Positions 20,591 through 29,348 are shown, counted from the stretch's first letter. The stretch is DNA of 64,000 nucleotides from Prevotella sp. UBA2456 (GCA_002342415.1 DDPY01000054.1:26662-90661), one strand, 5' to 3'. Notes: a model not told the origin generated them from the letters alone. Numbers and translations: made by a program.

Positions 20591-20746
20591 TTATTGGTAC
20601 ACTTCTCCATCAGTGATAGAGTAGGGGGGCTTAATACCCGATAGGATGATTGAGCTCCAGAAGTGTAGTGGCAGGCTGATTACATCCTGAGCCTGAATGG
20701 TGCCCATTGTCATCAAGGCAAGGGCTAAGACAATCATTTTCTTCAT
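20591..20746 (-). pseudogene. Probable remnant of a secreted protein (signal peptide MKKMIVLALALMTMGTIQAQD, then early stop)
   Basis: Typical Bacteroidota AQ signal peptide and upstream -7 element; only 51 aa. Confidence 0.35.
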
Positions 20747-20899
20747 TTTTATTAGTGTTTAGTTTCTCTTTTGTCATATTTCGTCTGCAAAGATAATCAA
20801 TAATTTCGAAATATTTGCCTGTTCTATGATGATAATTCAAATGCTTTTCTCTGAATACAGGAAAAATTAGTATCTTTGCAAATGATATCATTTTGTAGT

Positions 20900-21673
20900 A
20901 TGATGACGGCAAGGCAAGTGATTGAATACATGGAGTCGCTGCGGGATGAGAAGCAGCGTGAGAATCTGATGCGGTTTTTTAAGACTGGACCAGGTGAATA
21001 TGGCGAGGGCGATGAGTTCCTGGGGTTGAAGGTGCCGCAGACGAGAGCGGTGGTACGGGCAGTGTCCAAGGATTTCCTGCTCGGGGAAGTGCCGGAACTG
21101 CTGCTGTCGAAATGGCACGAGGTCAGGCTATGCGGGTTGTTGATACTGGTGGCGAAATTCGAGAAGTTGGCGACAAAGAGGCTGATGAGTGATGGTGAGG
21201 CTATTCGGAGGCGAGACGAGATTGTAGAGATGTATCTGGAGTATGCAGAGCGGGCAAATAACTGGGACTTGGTCGATTTGTCGGCTCCGAAGATACTGGG
21301 AGGCTGGTTGGCAGATTGTCCCTCGAAAGAGATGCGCGCATATAAGCAGCAGGTAGTGGATGAACAGGCTCGGAGTGAGAATTTATGGCGACAGCGGATG
21401 AGTATGGTCTGTACGTGGAAGACTTCGCATGAGGGTGATCCGTCGTGGTGTTTGCATTATGCCGAGATTCATCTGCATCACCCGCACGACTTGATGCACA
21501 AGGCAGTAGGATGGATGCTCAGGGAGATGGGGAAACATTGTTCGTTGGATTTGCTGCGGGCTTTTCTGAGACAACATGCGCACGAAATGCCACGAACAAC
21601 TCTTCGCTATGCGATAGAAAAGATGTCTGAAGTGGAACGAAAGGAGTGGATGTGTTATGAAGGACTATCCTGA
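20900..21673 (+). CDS. DNA alkylation repair protein (AlkD-like)
   Basis: FFKTGPGEYGEGDEFLG, NNWDLVD, HKAVGWMLRE, MPRTTLRYAIE. Confidence 0.9.
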   Translation: MMTARQVIEYMESLRDEKQRENLMRFFKTGPGEYGEGDEFLGLKVPQTRAVVRAVSKDFLLGEVPELLLSKWHEVRLCGLLILVAKFEKLATKRLMSDGEAIRRRDEIVEMYLEYAERANNWDLVDLSAPKILGGWLADCPSKEMRAYKQQVVDEQARSENLWRQRMSMVCTWKTSHEGDPSWCLHYAEIHLHHPHDLMHKAVGWMLREMGKHCSLDLLRAFLRQHAHEMPRTTLRYAIEKMSEVERKEWMCYEGLS

Positions 21674-21989
21674 CAGGATGACAGCGGAGCAGGCAGGGAA
21701 ATTTGGTGAAGATGTGCTGAACATCGTCAGTCAGATTCCGCGTGGACGAGTGACAACGTATGGAGCCATTGCTGCGTGGGCTGGATGGCCAAGTCATTCA
21801 AGGATGGTGGGACGGATTCTGAGATATTCGCCTGAGGCAGAGGCGTTGCCTTGTCATCGGGTGGTGAACAAGGAAGGGCGTACGGCACCGGGATGGAGTA
21901 GGCAGCGCATGTTGTTGGAGGAGGAAGGCGTATTATTCCGATCTAATGGGCATGTGGATATGAACCGCTTTCTGTGGGAGCCAGAATGA
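21657..21989 (+). CDS. MGMT-family methylated-DNA binding/repair protein
   Basis: IPRGRVTTYG, RMVG, LPCHRVVN. Confidence 0.9.
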   Translation: MKDYPDRMTAEQAGKFGEDVLNIVSQIPRGRVTTYGAIAAWAGWPSHSRMVGRILRYSPEAEALPCHRVVNKEGRTAPGWSRQRMLLEEEGVLFRSNGHVDMNRFLWEPE

Positions 21990-21992
21990 AAA

Positions 21993-22024
21993 AAGAGGTG
22001 CGATGGGGATGTATCGCACCTCTT
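21993..22024 (+). terminator. Intrinsic terminator hairpin
   Basis: aagaggtgcgat...atcgcacctctt. Confidence 0.7.
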
Positions 22025-22046
22025 CTTGTCTGTTCGGATGGTTGTG

Positions 22047-22105
22047 AATTATTTGGGAAATCAATATTTGTGTTGATGAATCATGTACTGACCCCGTGAT
22101 TCTTG
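22047..22105. repeat. Junction repeat A (GAATCA...CCCCGTGATTC palindrome with ~30-bp extension)
   Basis: Repeated at 22487-22520 (core) and 22788-22837 (extension plus partial core). Confidence 0.85.
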
Positions 22106-22197
22106 GCATTCTTCTTCATTTTTGAAATGAAGTTGTTGGTGGTCTTGTCAGAAGAAGCCATAACGACTTCGTGGTTCAATAGGGCATTTTTTTCCAT
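22081..22197 (-). pseudogene. 38-aa N-terminal gene fragment ending inside repeat A (possibly a Fic-family N-terminus)
   Basis: MEKNALLNHEVVMASSDKTTNNFISKMKKNAKNHGVST*; own -7 element upstream; stop codon supplied by the repeat; family guess from recall only. Confidence 0.45.
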
Positions 22198-22486
22198 AAA
22201 TCAATGCTTTGATGGTGCAAAGGTAGCATTTTTATCTAGAAAAGTGAAGATTTTATGGAAAATTTTCCAAATTGAAAGTACAACCTTCCAAATTTGTGCT
22301 CATTCGAAGCACTCTCACTCGAAAAAGTCCATAATTATTTTGGCTTTTTGCTCACTTTCTCGTACCTTTGCAACCGACAAGAGAGTATTAACAATGCCGA
22401 ATCGGCGCAAAATCGGCGCAAATGCGTTTTTGAGGAATGCCGAAGATGCCCATAAACAAAGGGATACTCAAAGAAATTGAATGACA

Positions 22487-22520
22487 GATGAATCATGTAC
22501 CTCTGTCCCCGTGATTCTTG
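22487..22520. repeat. Junction repeat B
   Basis: gatgaatcatgtacctctgtccccgtgattcttg. Confidence 0.85.
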
Positions 22521-22753
22521 TCAAGGTTGTAGTGGTACATATTTCGCTTCACACTTCTTTTACCCTCCTGACGAACTGACAAAAATTTTTTGTGAGTTCG
22601 TTCTGGTGCTTGCGAAGCATCAAACAACTTCATCATCTGCTCTACATTTAGCCATACATCCTCGCCCTCGAATCTTACATTGACTCGAGCAATCCCGTTT
22701 TCATCCTGATAAATCAGGAATGCCTCATTCCTTTTCTCTATTTCGTTTGCCAT
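22493..22753 (-). pseudogene. N-terminal fragment of a RhuM-family virulence/DNA-binding protein
   Basis: FLIYQDENG..VNVRFEGEDVWL..EQM..LF, KKFLSVRQEG..V.R...HYNLD; truncated at repeat B. Confidence 0.8.
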
Positions 22754-22787
22754 ATCTTCAATATCGTTTTTGTTTGCAAAAGTAATC

Positions 22788-22837
22788 AATTATTTGGGAA
22801 ATCTATACTTTGTGTTGATGAATCATGTACCAGTCCC
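22788..22837. repeat. Junction repeat C
   Basis: aattatttgggaaatctatactttgtgttgatgaatcatgtaccagtccc, near-identical to 22047-22095. Confidence 0.85.
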
Positions 22838-23060
22838 TGCGTCTCTCGAGGTAGGGTATCAGAAATGGTGCTCTACCTTTTATTTTGAAGCCGTTTTGCT
22901 CAAGTTAAGAAACAAAAATCACTTAATTTACTACTTTTTTGTAGTTTTTTTGCTGAATATAAAATATTATTGCTACCTTTGGCAACGAGTTTCAAGTACA
23001 CCTGTGTGCAGATGTGCGTTTTAATGGCTCAACTTTGTAAAAGGAGCATTTGATATTATC

Positions 23061-23222
23061 CTTCACTGAAATCTGGACAATTTCAATCATCAAGGGTAAT
23101 AGGCAATATGCTCATGCTTGGGATTATTATATCATTAATATATCTCCTGCATGGGCTGTTGTCTTTATTTGATGATTGGCAGTCCAGAGCCGCAGTGAGA
23201 TAATTTCAGCAGTCCCATGCTT
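23061..23222 (+). promoter_or_regulatory. Long structured 5' leader with alternative pairings upstream of lipoprotein gene
   Basis: cactg/cagtg, tctggac/gtccaga, caatcatcaa/ttgatgattg, gctcatgc/gcatgggc; competing helix 23149-23161 with 23207-23220. Confidence 0.55.
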
Positions 23223-23301
23223 CTTAACTATTAACGCTGACTTCTTGGGATTGGTTGGCATGGAGTTAAATTATACTAATCATTTAAATAAAACAAAATT
23301 T

Positions 23302-23808
23302 ATGAAAGCATTAAGATTTATTGGAATTGCACTTCTCACAGTGCTTATGAGTGTAAGTTTTTCCGCTTGCGGAGGTAGTGACGATGATGACAATAATGGA
23401 GGTGGAAATGAAACACCCACATCCATTGAGGGGACTTGGTACATGAAATCAGTGACGTGGTACAACTACTATACTGATGGAACTAAAGAGGAGAAAAGGT
23501 CAAGTGACAATAGAACATACGCGGACTATGCAGAAGATGAAATCTGGAAACTTGCAAAAAGCGGTAACAATTATATTTGGACTGAAATAGAGAAAGGTTA
23601 CTCCCCAGAGACGCACACTTGGGAAAAACTTGGAAACAATGAATTTAAATGTTCCCTTGATGGTAAGAATCACAAAATTGTTATCACTTCTATTGAGAGA
23701 AACAAGATGGTTTTGGAATGGACTGAGGATTACGATGGAGAGCCTTCTACATCTAAAGGTAGCAAACCACATTACAGCGTTGGAGTACATACTCTATTAA
23801 GAAAATAA
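23302..23808 (+). CDS. Hypothetical lipoprotein (lipocalin-like, AT-rich)
   Basis: Lipobox VSFSA-C followed by acidic GGSDDDD, IEGTW motif; start moved to ATG 23302. Confidence 0.8.
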   Translation: MKALRFIGIALLTVLMSVSFSACGGSDDDDNNGGGNETPTSIEGTWYMKSVTWYNYYTDGTKEEKRSSDNRTYADYAEDEIWKLAKSGNNYIWTEIEKGYSPETHTWEKLGNNEFKCSLDGKNHKIVITSIERNKMVLEWTEDYDGEPSTSKGSKPHYSVGVHTLLRK

Positions 23809-23902
23809 GAATTAGTAACAAGGAAAGGTAGCAAATAACGCTATCTTTCTTTTTTACTGCGTTATAGGTCAATTCCAATTAGTAGTTCATATATAGTTGT
23901 TG

Positions 23903-23928
23903 TTGGGTCAGGGGACTCTGATCCGTTT
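23903..23928. repeat. Junction repeat D (GGGTCAGGGGACTCTGATCC)
   Basis: Direct repeat of 25054-25081. Confidence 0.85.
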
Positions 23929-24114
23929 GGCCCGTTGACTTTTTAGGATAGTCGCAAGCATATACAAGCCTTTCTCAGTAAAAGCCTTAGCTAGTGAACG
24001 GCTTTTGGCTGATAGATTTGTGGTCGAAATTTTCGACCACAAATCCTTTAACTCGTCTGATGTCAAAACAAACATATAATCCTCAGGGAACTTGTCGGGA
24101 TTGTTCTTTACGGC
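23908..24114 (-). pseudogene. Internal fragment of an ORF6N-domain protein
   Basis: AVKNNPDKFPEDYMF.LT..E ... KAFTEKGLYMLATILKS; no proper N-terminus; ends in repeat D. Confidence 0.8.
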
Positions 24115-24265
24115 TTTCTTGGCTAAAGTTAGACAAAAGTTAATTATAGGCTTCACTTTTTTATGAATATCACAAATTGACAACAAAATTAATATATTTT
24201 CTTCACTTTTAAGTGAATTATAAGAAAAAAGTTGTATCTTTGCACCGACCAAATGACAATGAGCA

Positions 24266-24742
24266 ATGAAAACGATTAATTTGAAGACCATCGAGCAGAA
24301 CGACAACGTGAGCCTATACTCTATTTGCTTCAACGGTAGTGACGTGTCAGAGTATGAGGACTTCTTGATGAAGTTCAAGGATAACTCTACGCTAAATTAT
24401 GATTTTCAGCGCATACTCCTTGCATTGGAAAAGATTATTGACCGTGGCGCACTTGAACGGTTTTTCCGAATAGAAGGAAAGATGAATGACAGAGTTTCTG
24501 CTTTGGCTATCGACTCCAGAAAGTTGCGTCTGTATTGTCTGCGTATCTCTGACCAGATTCTCATAGTTGGGAATGGAGGCGTCAAGACCACACGGACTTA
24601 CCAGGAGAATGAGCAACTGAGTGGCTATGTGATGGACTTGCAGCGTTTTGACGAGCTGTTGAAACAGGCTCAGCAGAACGGCAGCATTACAATTGAGAAG
24701 AACATGATAGTGGGAATAGACAACAAAGTTTTTGAGATATGA
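24266..24742 (+). CDS. Hypothetical protein, putative RelE/HigB-like toxin
   Basis: LRLYCLR...ILIVGNGGVK; overlaps downstream HTH gene by ATGA. Confidence 0.55.
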   Translation: MKTINLKTIEQNDNVSLYSICFNGSDVSEYEDFLMKFKDNSTLNYDFQRILLALEKIIDRGALERFFRIEGKMNDRVSALAIDSRKLRLYCLRISDQILIVGNGGVKTTRTYQENEQLSGYVMDLQRFDELLKQAQQNGSITIEKNMIVGIDNKVFEI

Positions 24743-25005
24743 TTACTAATCCGTTATTTCGCGAGTGTCTGGCAAACGTCTCAGATGAGACCCGTGCCGA
24801 GTTCAATCTCTCGTTTGAGATTGCAGACCGCATTGATGCCTTGCTGAAGAAGAAAGGTATCACACAGAAGGAGTTGGCCGCAAAGATGGGTAAGCGGGAG
24901 TCGGAAATCTCTAAATGGCTCACTGGTCGGCATAACTTCACGACTAAAACCCTTGCTGGTATATCGCTGGCCCTCGGCGAACCAATCATTAGTGTGCCAG
25001 CATAA
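24739..25005 (+). CDS. XRE-family HTH protein, putative antitoxin
   Basis: ITQKELAAKMGKRESEISKWLTGRHNFT. Confidence 0.85.
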   Translation: MITNPLFRECLANVSDETRAEFNLSFEIADRIDALLKKKGITQKELAAKMGKRESEISKWLTGRHNFTTKTLAGISLALGEPIISVPA

Positions 25006-25053
25006 AGTTCTTCTATATCCAATGGGCTGTCGATTATCTCGTCAGCCCATTAT

Positions 25054-25081
25054 TTGGGTCAGGGGACTCTCTGATCCGTTT
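25054..25081. repeat. Junction repeat E
   Basis: ttgggtcaggggactctctgatccgttt. Confidence 0.85.
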
Positions 25082-25131
25082 TAGTAGTGTGATTCGGCGG
25101 AGGGGGCTATAGGCTGTCTTTCTCGCGCTCG
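25081..25131. repeat. ~51-bp duplicate of the HU-like gene 3' end
   Basis: ttagtagtgtgattcggcggagggggctataggctgtctttctcgcgctcg vs 26086-26136 (3 mismatches). Confidence 0.9.
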
Positions 25132-25168
25132 TTAGTCAATTCCTTATATAGCATGAGGCCTTTCACCG

Positions 25169-26011
25169 TCAGCAGATAACTTCTGGTGGATCAATCATCA
25201 TATAGCGATTCTTCAACGAATGGCTTTCTCCCAATAGCAGGTTGCGGAAGAATCGTATGAGGAAAGATTCGTCTGCAGCGATGCCTTTTGCTACATTGCG
25301 ATAATTGGCACGTACCAAGGCGTTACGGAAATACCAGGAGTGGTTGGCGAAGAGTTCGTTGCTGACAGTGAAGCCAAGCATGCGCAGATACTTGATGGTG
25401 AAGAGTGCCGTTGTGCGGGTGTTGCCTTCCCTAAACGGATGAATCTGCCACAGTCCAGACACAAAACGGGCTATATGCTCCACGGTCTTATCCTTGCTCA
25501 ATCCGGTATAGTCAAACTGCCGCTCTTGGTCCAAGTCATACTCTATTGCCATTCGCAGGTCTTGCCAGCGGCCATAGAGCACGGAGTCGCCTCTGAGCAC
25601 CCATTCCTTTTTCGAGATGTCATAGTCACGGAAGCGTCCGGCATGCTTGAATACTCCTTCGAAGATGGCTCTGTGGATGGCAGCCAAACCTGCTACGCTA
25701 TAGGTGAAAGCATCCGTCTGAAGCAGTTTGGAGATGTTGCTCGACACGCGGTCAGCTTCTTCTTTATCCTCATCGCCAGCGTCGTGTGCCGTTCTTTTGA
25801 CGTAATACTGCTTGACAAGTTCGCGTGCCTCGTCAATCGTAATCTCGCCTTCGATGTTCTTCCTGGCCGTTTCTCTCAGATAGTCAGACACTTTCAACCC
25901 GTCAACGGCTTGTAGGCCGATGGCAGTATTCCATGCCTCAGCACGTTCTCGCTGTGCCGGCTCGCCCTGACGTATATATTCGTCGAAATTCAAATATTCT
26001 TCATTCATCAT
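25169..26011 (-). CDS. Fic-family protein with N-terminal VbhA-like antitoxin domain
   Basis: AIGLQAVDGL N-terminal motif; HPFREGNTRTT Fic motif. Confidence 0.9.
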   Translation of the reverse strand: MMNEEYLNFDEYIRQGEPAQRERAEAWNTAIGLQAVDGLKVSDYLRETARKNIEGEITIDEARELVKQYYVKRTAHDAGDEDKEEADRVSSNISKLLQTDAFTYSVAGLAAIHRAIFEGVFKHAGRFRDYDISKKEWVLRGDSVLYGRWQDLRMAIEYDLDQERQFDYTGLSKDKTVEHIARFVSGLWQIHPFREGNTRTTALFTIKYLRMLGFTVSNELFANHSWYFRNALVRANYRNVAKGIAADESFLIRFFRNLLLGESHSLKNRYMMIDPPEVIC

Positions 26012-26111
26012 GATTTGTTGTTTGGCTGTAAAATTACTGAAAAATATTCAGACATCGGTGCCTGCGGCTGCATTTTTACATTTTATTAGTAGTGAGATTG
26101 GGCGGAGGGGG

Positions 26112-26504
26112 CTATAGACTGTCTTTCTCGCGCTCGAAGGTGATGCCCTTGTAGAGTTCGGGACTGCCGCCCTCGCTCTCTGGGATGAAGTGGAGACGGA
26201 CACCGCGGATGTGCTTTTTGGCGCGGAATTGCTTGGGATCGTCCACCTTCTCGCTCTCTATCTCGAGCTTCAACAGTCCGATGCCTGCCAGACGCACCTT
26301 GTCGCCCATCTGCAAGCGGCGCATCACTACTTCGCCCATCGCCATCATCAGTCCCTCCATCGTGCCTGCAGAGAGGGTGGTGCCCCGACAGGCTTCCTTG
26401 GCTATCACTTTGCTGTCTACTGTCTGGTTGTGGACAGCTACTGCCTTGTATTTGCCGAATGTGGGCAGGGTGGGCTTTGTTTCTTTCTTGATTTTGTATC
26501 TCAT
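26112..26504 (-). CDS. HU-like (histone-like) DNA-binding protein
   Basis: GDKVRLAGIG, IRGVRLHFIPE pattern typical of long Bacteroidota HU-like proteins. Confidence 0.8.
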   Translation of the reverse strand: MRYKIKKETKPTLPTFGKYKAVAVHNQTVDSKVIAKEACRGTTLSAGTMEGLMMAMGEVVMRRLQMGDKVRLAGIGLLKLEIESEKVDDPKQFRAKKHIRGVRLHFIPESEGGSPELYKGITFEREKDSL

Positions 26505-26630
26505 CGTGCGTTGTGTTTGATTTCGATTGCAAATTTACTGATTTTCTCCGAAAAACTTTCCTATTCTCTAGAAAATATTTTGTTTTTCTGTTTTTCTCCT
26601 GTCTTTGATTCATTTCAAAATCTTATATTA

Positions 26631-27058
26631 GCCTACATGCCTACATAAATTATAGTAAAAGCCCTGTATTTTCTATGTTTTCTTATAGTATAAGCCTACA
26701 TAAAGCCTACATAAAACCTACATATTGCCTACATGTTTTTGGCAAAATACCTGCATATTCCTTGCTTTCCGTAGGGATGTGGGAGATTCGAAAAGCCGTT
26801 GTCTATGAGTTCTTGATGATACATATCTTTTAAATTCTCTAGAGAATTGTAGAGCCAGACGTAATGTATGTGCTGACGGAAGGCGATGTAACCGTTTAAT
26901 TCTCTAGAGAATTGATATGATTGGCTGCGTTTGAATAGTTGCAAGCGTCAGTCTATGTAGGCTTATGTAGGCTTTATGTAGGCTTTATGTATGCTTGTGA
27001 ATGCGTGAAATGCCGATAAACACTGGAGTTTTGCCACTTTCTATGTAGGCATGTAGGC
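26631..27058. repeat. ~105-bp imperfect inverted arms made of CCTACAT repeats around a ~220-bp core
   Basis: Left 26631-26734, right 26954-27058; core has two perfect AATTCTCTAGAGAATT palindromes (26833, 26898). Confidence 0.9.
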
Positions 27059-27168
27059 TTTTTTGGAAATTCCGCAAATTATTTTTGGAATTACGTTATT
27101 TTTTTAGTACCTTTGTGGGAGTTTTTGAAGAGAATGACTATTGAACTATTAATCTTGTAATTAGTATT

Positions 27169-29283
27169 ATGAAAGTAACTTTTCTGAAGAAAGACGGTAA
27201 AAAGGAAGTAATCAACCGTGTGGAGGTGGGCGCAATAGCCACAGCCATCAAAGCGGGCTCGATGGAACATGCGGTAACGAGGTTTCGTGAGCTGTATCAC
27301 TTGATGAGCATCCACAGAAAGGCCGACGGGCAGATAGTGACCAACTGGGTAGGAGGTGTCCGGCTGCCGCGCATCTGCTTTGCTGCTGACTACCGGATGC
27401 TGAAGGGCGAGTGGCGGATGATGGCCTACAGCGGGCTTGTCGTGCTGGAGGTGAACGACTTGCCGACCTACGAGAAGGCGGTGGAAATCAGGGAGCTGGC
27501 TAAGCAAATGCCAGAAACGATGCTTTGTTTTCTGGGTGGTTCGGGTCGCAGCGTGAAGATTGTGTGCCGTGGTGAACTCTTTGGAGGCGGACTGCCGGAA
27601 GGGGAGGCGGAGATACGCCAGTTTCATCTGAATCTGTACAACACAGCGCGCCGGGCTTACCAGAACCAGTTTGGTTTTGACATCGAGTTTCTGGAGCCGC
27701 TGTTGACGCGTACCGTATATATGAGTGCCGATCCGGAGATGGGCATCAATATGCAGGCGCGTCCGTTCTATGCCGATACGGAGCACCACGAACAGCCTCA
27801 GCCCGTCAGCATCAGTCGCGAGGAGGATGTATTGATGCCTGGGCGCACCGTCACCAGGACCTATCACCTGAACTGGACGTTTATTGTGGAGACCATCATG
27901 GGCCATTATTTTGACCTGCCCGATGAAGACAAGACGGCCAAGCTGCTGATGCAGATAGCCTCGGCGTGTCTGGATCAGGGCATCCCCCTAGCTCACGCAC
28001 AAGGCATGACCCTGCTGCACCCTGTGCTGAACACCGACCGGCTGTTGGTGGAGAAGATTTTCCAGACGGTGTATAGTGTGGCAGAGCAGGAGAATTATCG
28101 CAAGACGCATAAGATAAGACCCCTGAAGAGTGTGCCCGACGATACGCTCAATCAGATAAGGACGGAGATATTCCTCAATTCGCATTATGAAATGCGCAAG
28201 AACCTGCTGACCGGCGTGGCTGAATATCGTAAGAAATTCTCTGACAACCAGGACTTTAAGCCCCTTACCCAAGAGGTGCGCAACAGTATGTCGCTCACGG
28301 CAACGGAAATGGGGCTGAAGGGCTTTGACAAGAACATGAACCGATTCATCGACTCGATGCATATCGAGCAGTACGACCCCGTGAACCAATGGCTCGACAA
28401 ACTGCCTAAATGGGACGGGAAGGACAGAATCGGGGAGCTGGCACAGCGTGTTCCTACCGATCAGCCGCAATGGGAGAAATATCTGCGCTACTGGTTGGTG
28501 GGGATGGTGGCACAATGGCGAGAGAGCGACCGCCAGCTGACGGGTAACGCGCTGACACCGTTGCTGATAGGGCGGCAAGGGTGTGGCAAGACGCGATTCT
28601 GCAAGATACTGCTGCCCGAGGAACTGCGCGACTACTACAACGACAAGATTAACTTCAAAAACGAGTTCGACCTGAACATTGCGCTGACCTCGTTTGCTCT
28701 GATCAATATCGACGAATTTGACAAGACTACATCGTCGCAGCAAATTGTACTGAAATACCTGCTCTCGTCAGCCGATGTCAAGTTCCGTCCACCTTACGGC
28801 AAGACCATCAAGCAGTTCCGCCGATACACCTCGTTCATAGGAACGACCAACCAGATGAAACCGCTGGTGGACCCCACGGGCTCACGCCGTTTCGTATGTG
28901 TGGGCGTGACAGGTAATATCAATTTTGAAGACACCATCAACCACCCGCAACTCTATGCCCAGGCGCTCCATCTCTTTAACGCAGGTGAGCGCTATTGGCT
29001 GGACGAAGCCGAGATACAGACGCTGATCAAGGAGAACGAGCCCTTCCAGAAATTGAACGACCTGGTAGAGATGATAGGCGAAACCTTCAGTCGGCCAGAG
29101 GATGATGTAAACGGCAAGTGGCTGAGTCTGAGCGACATCAGTGACATCTTGTCCCGCCACTATCCCAGTTTCGACCCTGACACCCCATTCCAGAAAATCG
29201 GAAATGCCCTGAACGACGTGCAGTTCAACTTCAGGAGCAAGCGTACGATGAAGCACATGGAATACTGGTTGACAGAGAAATAA
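27169..29283 (+). CDS. VirE/VapE-family P-loop ATPase with BT4734-like N-terminal domain (primase-helicase-like)
   Basis: YSGLVVLEVN, GGSGRSVKI N-terminal motifs; Walker A LIGRQGCGKT, Walker B INIDEFD, SFIGTTN, DPTGSRRF. Confidence 0.88.
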   Translation: MKVTFLKKDGKKEVINRVEVGAIATAIKAGSMEHAVTRFRELYHLMSIHRKADGQIVTNWVGGVRLPRICFAADYRMLKGEWRMMAYSGLVVLEVNDLPTYEKAVEIRELAKQMPETMLCFLGGSGRSVKIVCRGELFGGGLPEGEAEIRQFHLNLYNTARRAYQNQFGFDIEFLEPLLTRTVYMSADPEMGINMQARPFYADTEHHEQPQPVSISREEDVLMPGRTVTRTYHLNWTFIVETIMGHYFDLPDEDKTAKLLMQIASACLDQGIPLAHAQGMTLLHPVLNTDRLLVEKIFQTVYSVAEQENYRKTHKIRPLKSVPDDTLNQIRTEIFLNSHYEMRKNLLTGVAEYRKKFSDNQDFKPLTQEVRNSMSLTATEMGLKGFDKNMNRFIDSMHIEQYDPVNQWLDKLPKWDGKDRIGELAQRVPTDQPQWEKYLRYWLVGMVAQWRESDRQLTGNALTPLLIGRQGCGKTRFCKILLPEELRDYYNDKINFKNEFDLNIALTSFALINIDEFDKTTSSQQIVLKYLLSSADVKFRPPYGKTIKQFRRYTSFIGTTNQMKPLVDPTGSRRFVCVGVTGNINFEDTINHPQLYAQALHLFNAGERYWLDEAEIQTLIKENEPFQKLNDLVEMIGETFSRPEDDVNGKWLSLSDISDILSRHYPSFDPDTPFQKIGNALNDVQFNFRSKRTMKHMEYWLTEK

Positions 29284-29325
29284 AGCAATGAGGGTGTGCC
29301 CAAATAGGCACACCCTCATTGCTTT
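29282..29325. terminator. Bidirectional terminator between virE-like gene and dnaK
   Basis: aaagcaatgagggtgtgcc-caaata-ggcacaccctcattgcttt. Confidence 0.85.
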
Positions 29326-29348
29326 TCTAATGATTTACTTATCGGCTC

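Noticed and set aside
23908-24378. 156-aa ORF as an intact gene
   Set aside because: The N-terminal half is antisense to the toxin gene and its promoter; only ~23908-24114 resembles ORF6N.
26729-26944. 71-aa ORF inside the inverted-repeat core
   Set aside because: TTG start, no motif, no clear promoter; treated as non-coding.
22040-29283. Prophage, ICE or classical integron
   Set aside because: No integrase, transposase, relaxase, structural phage genes or canonical attC sites were seen.
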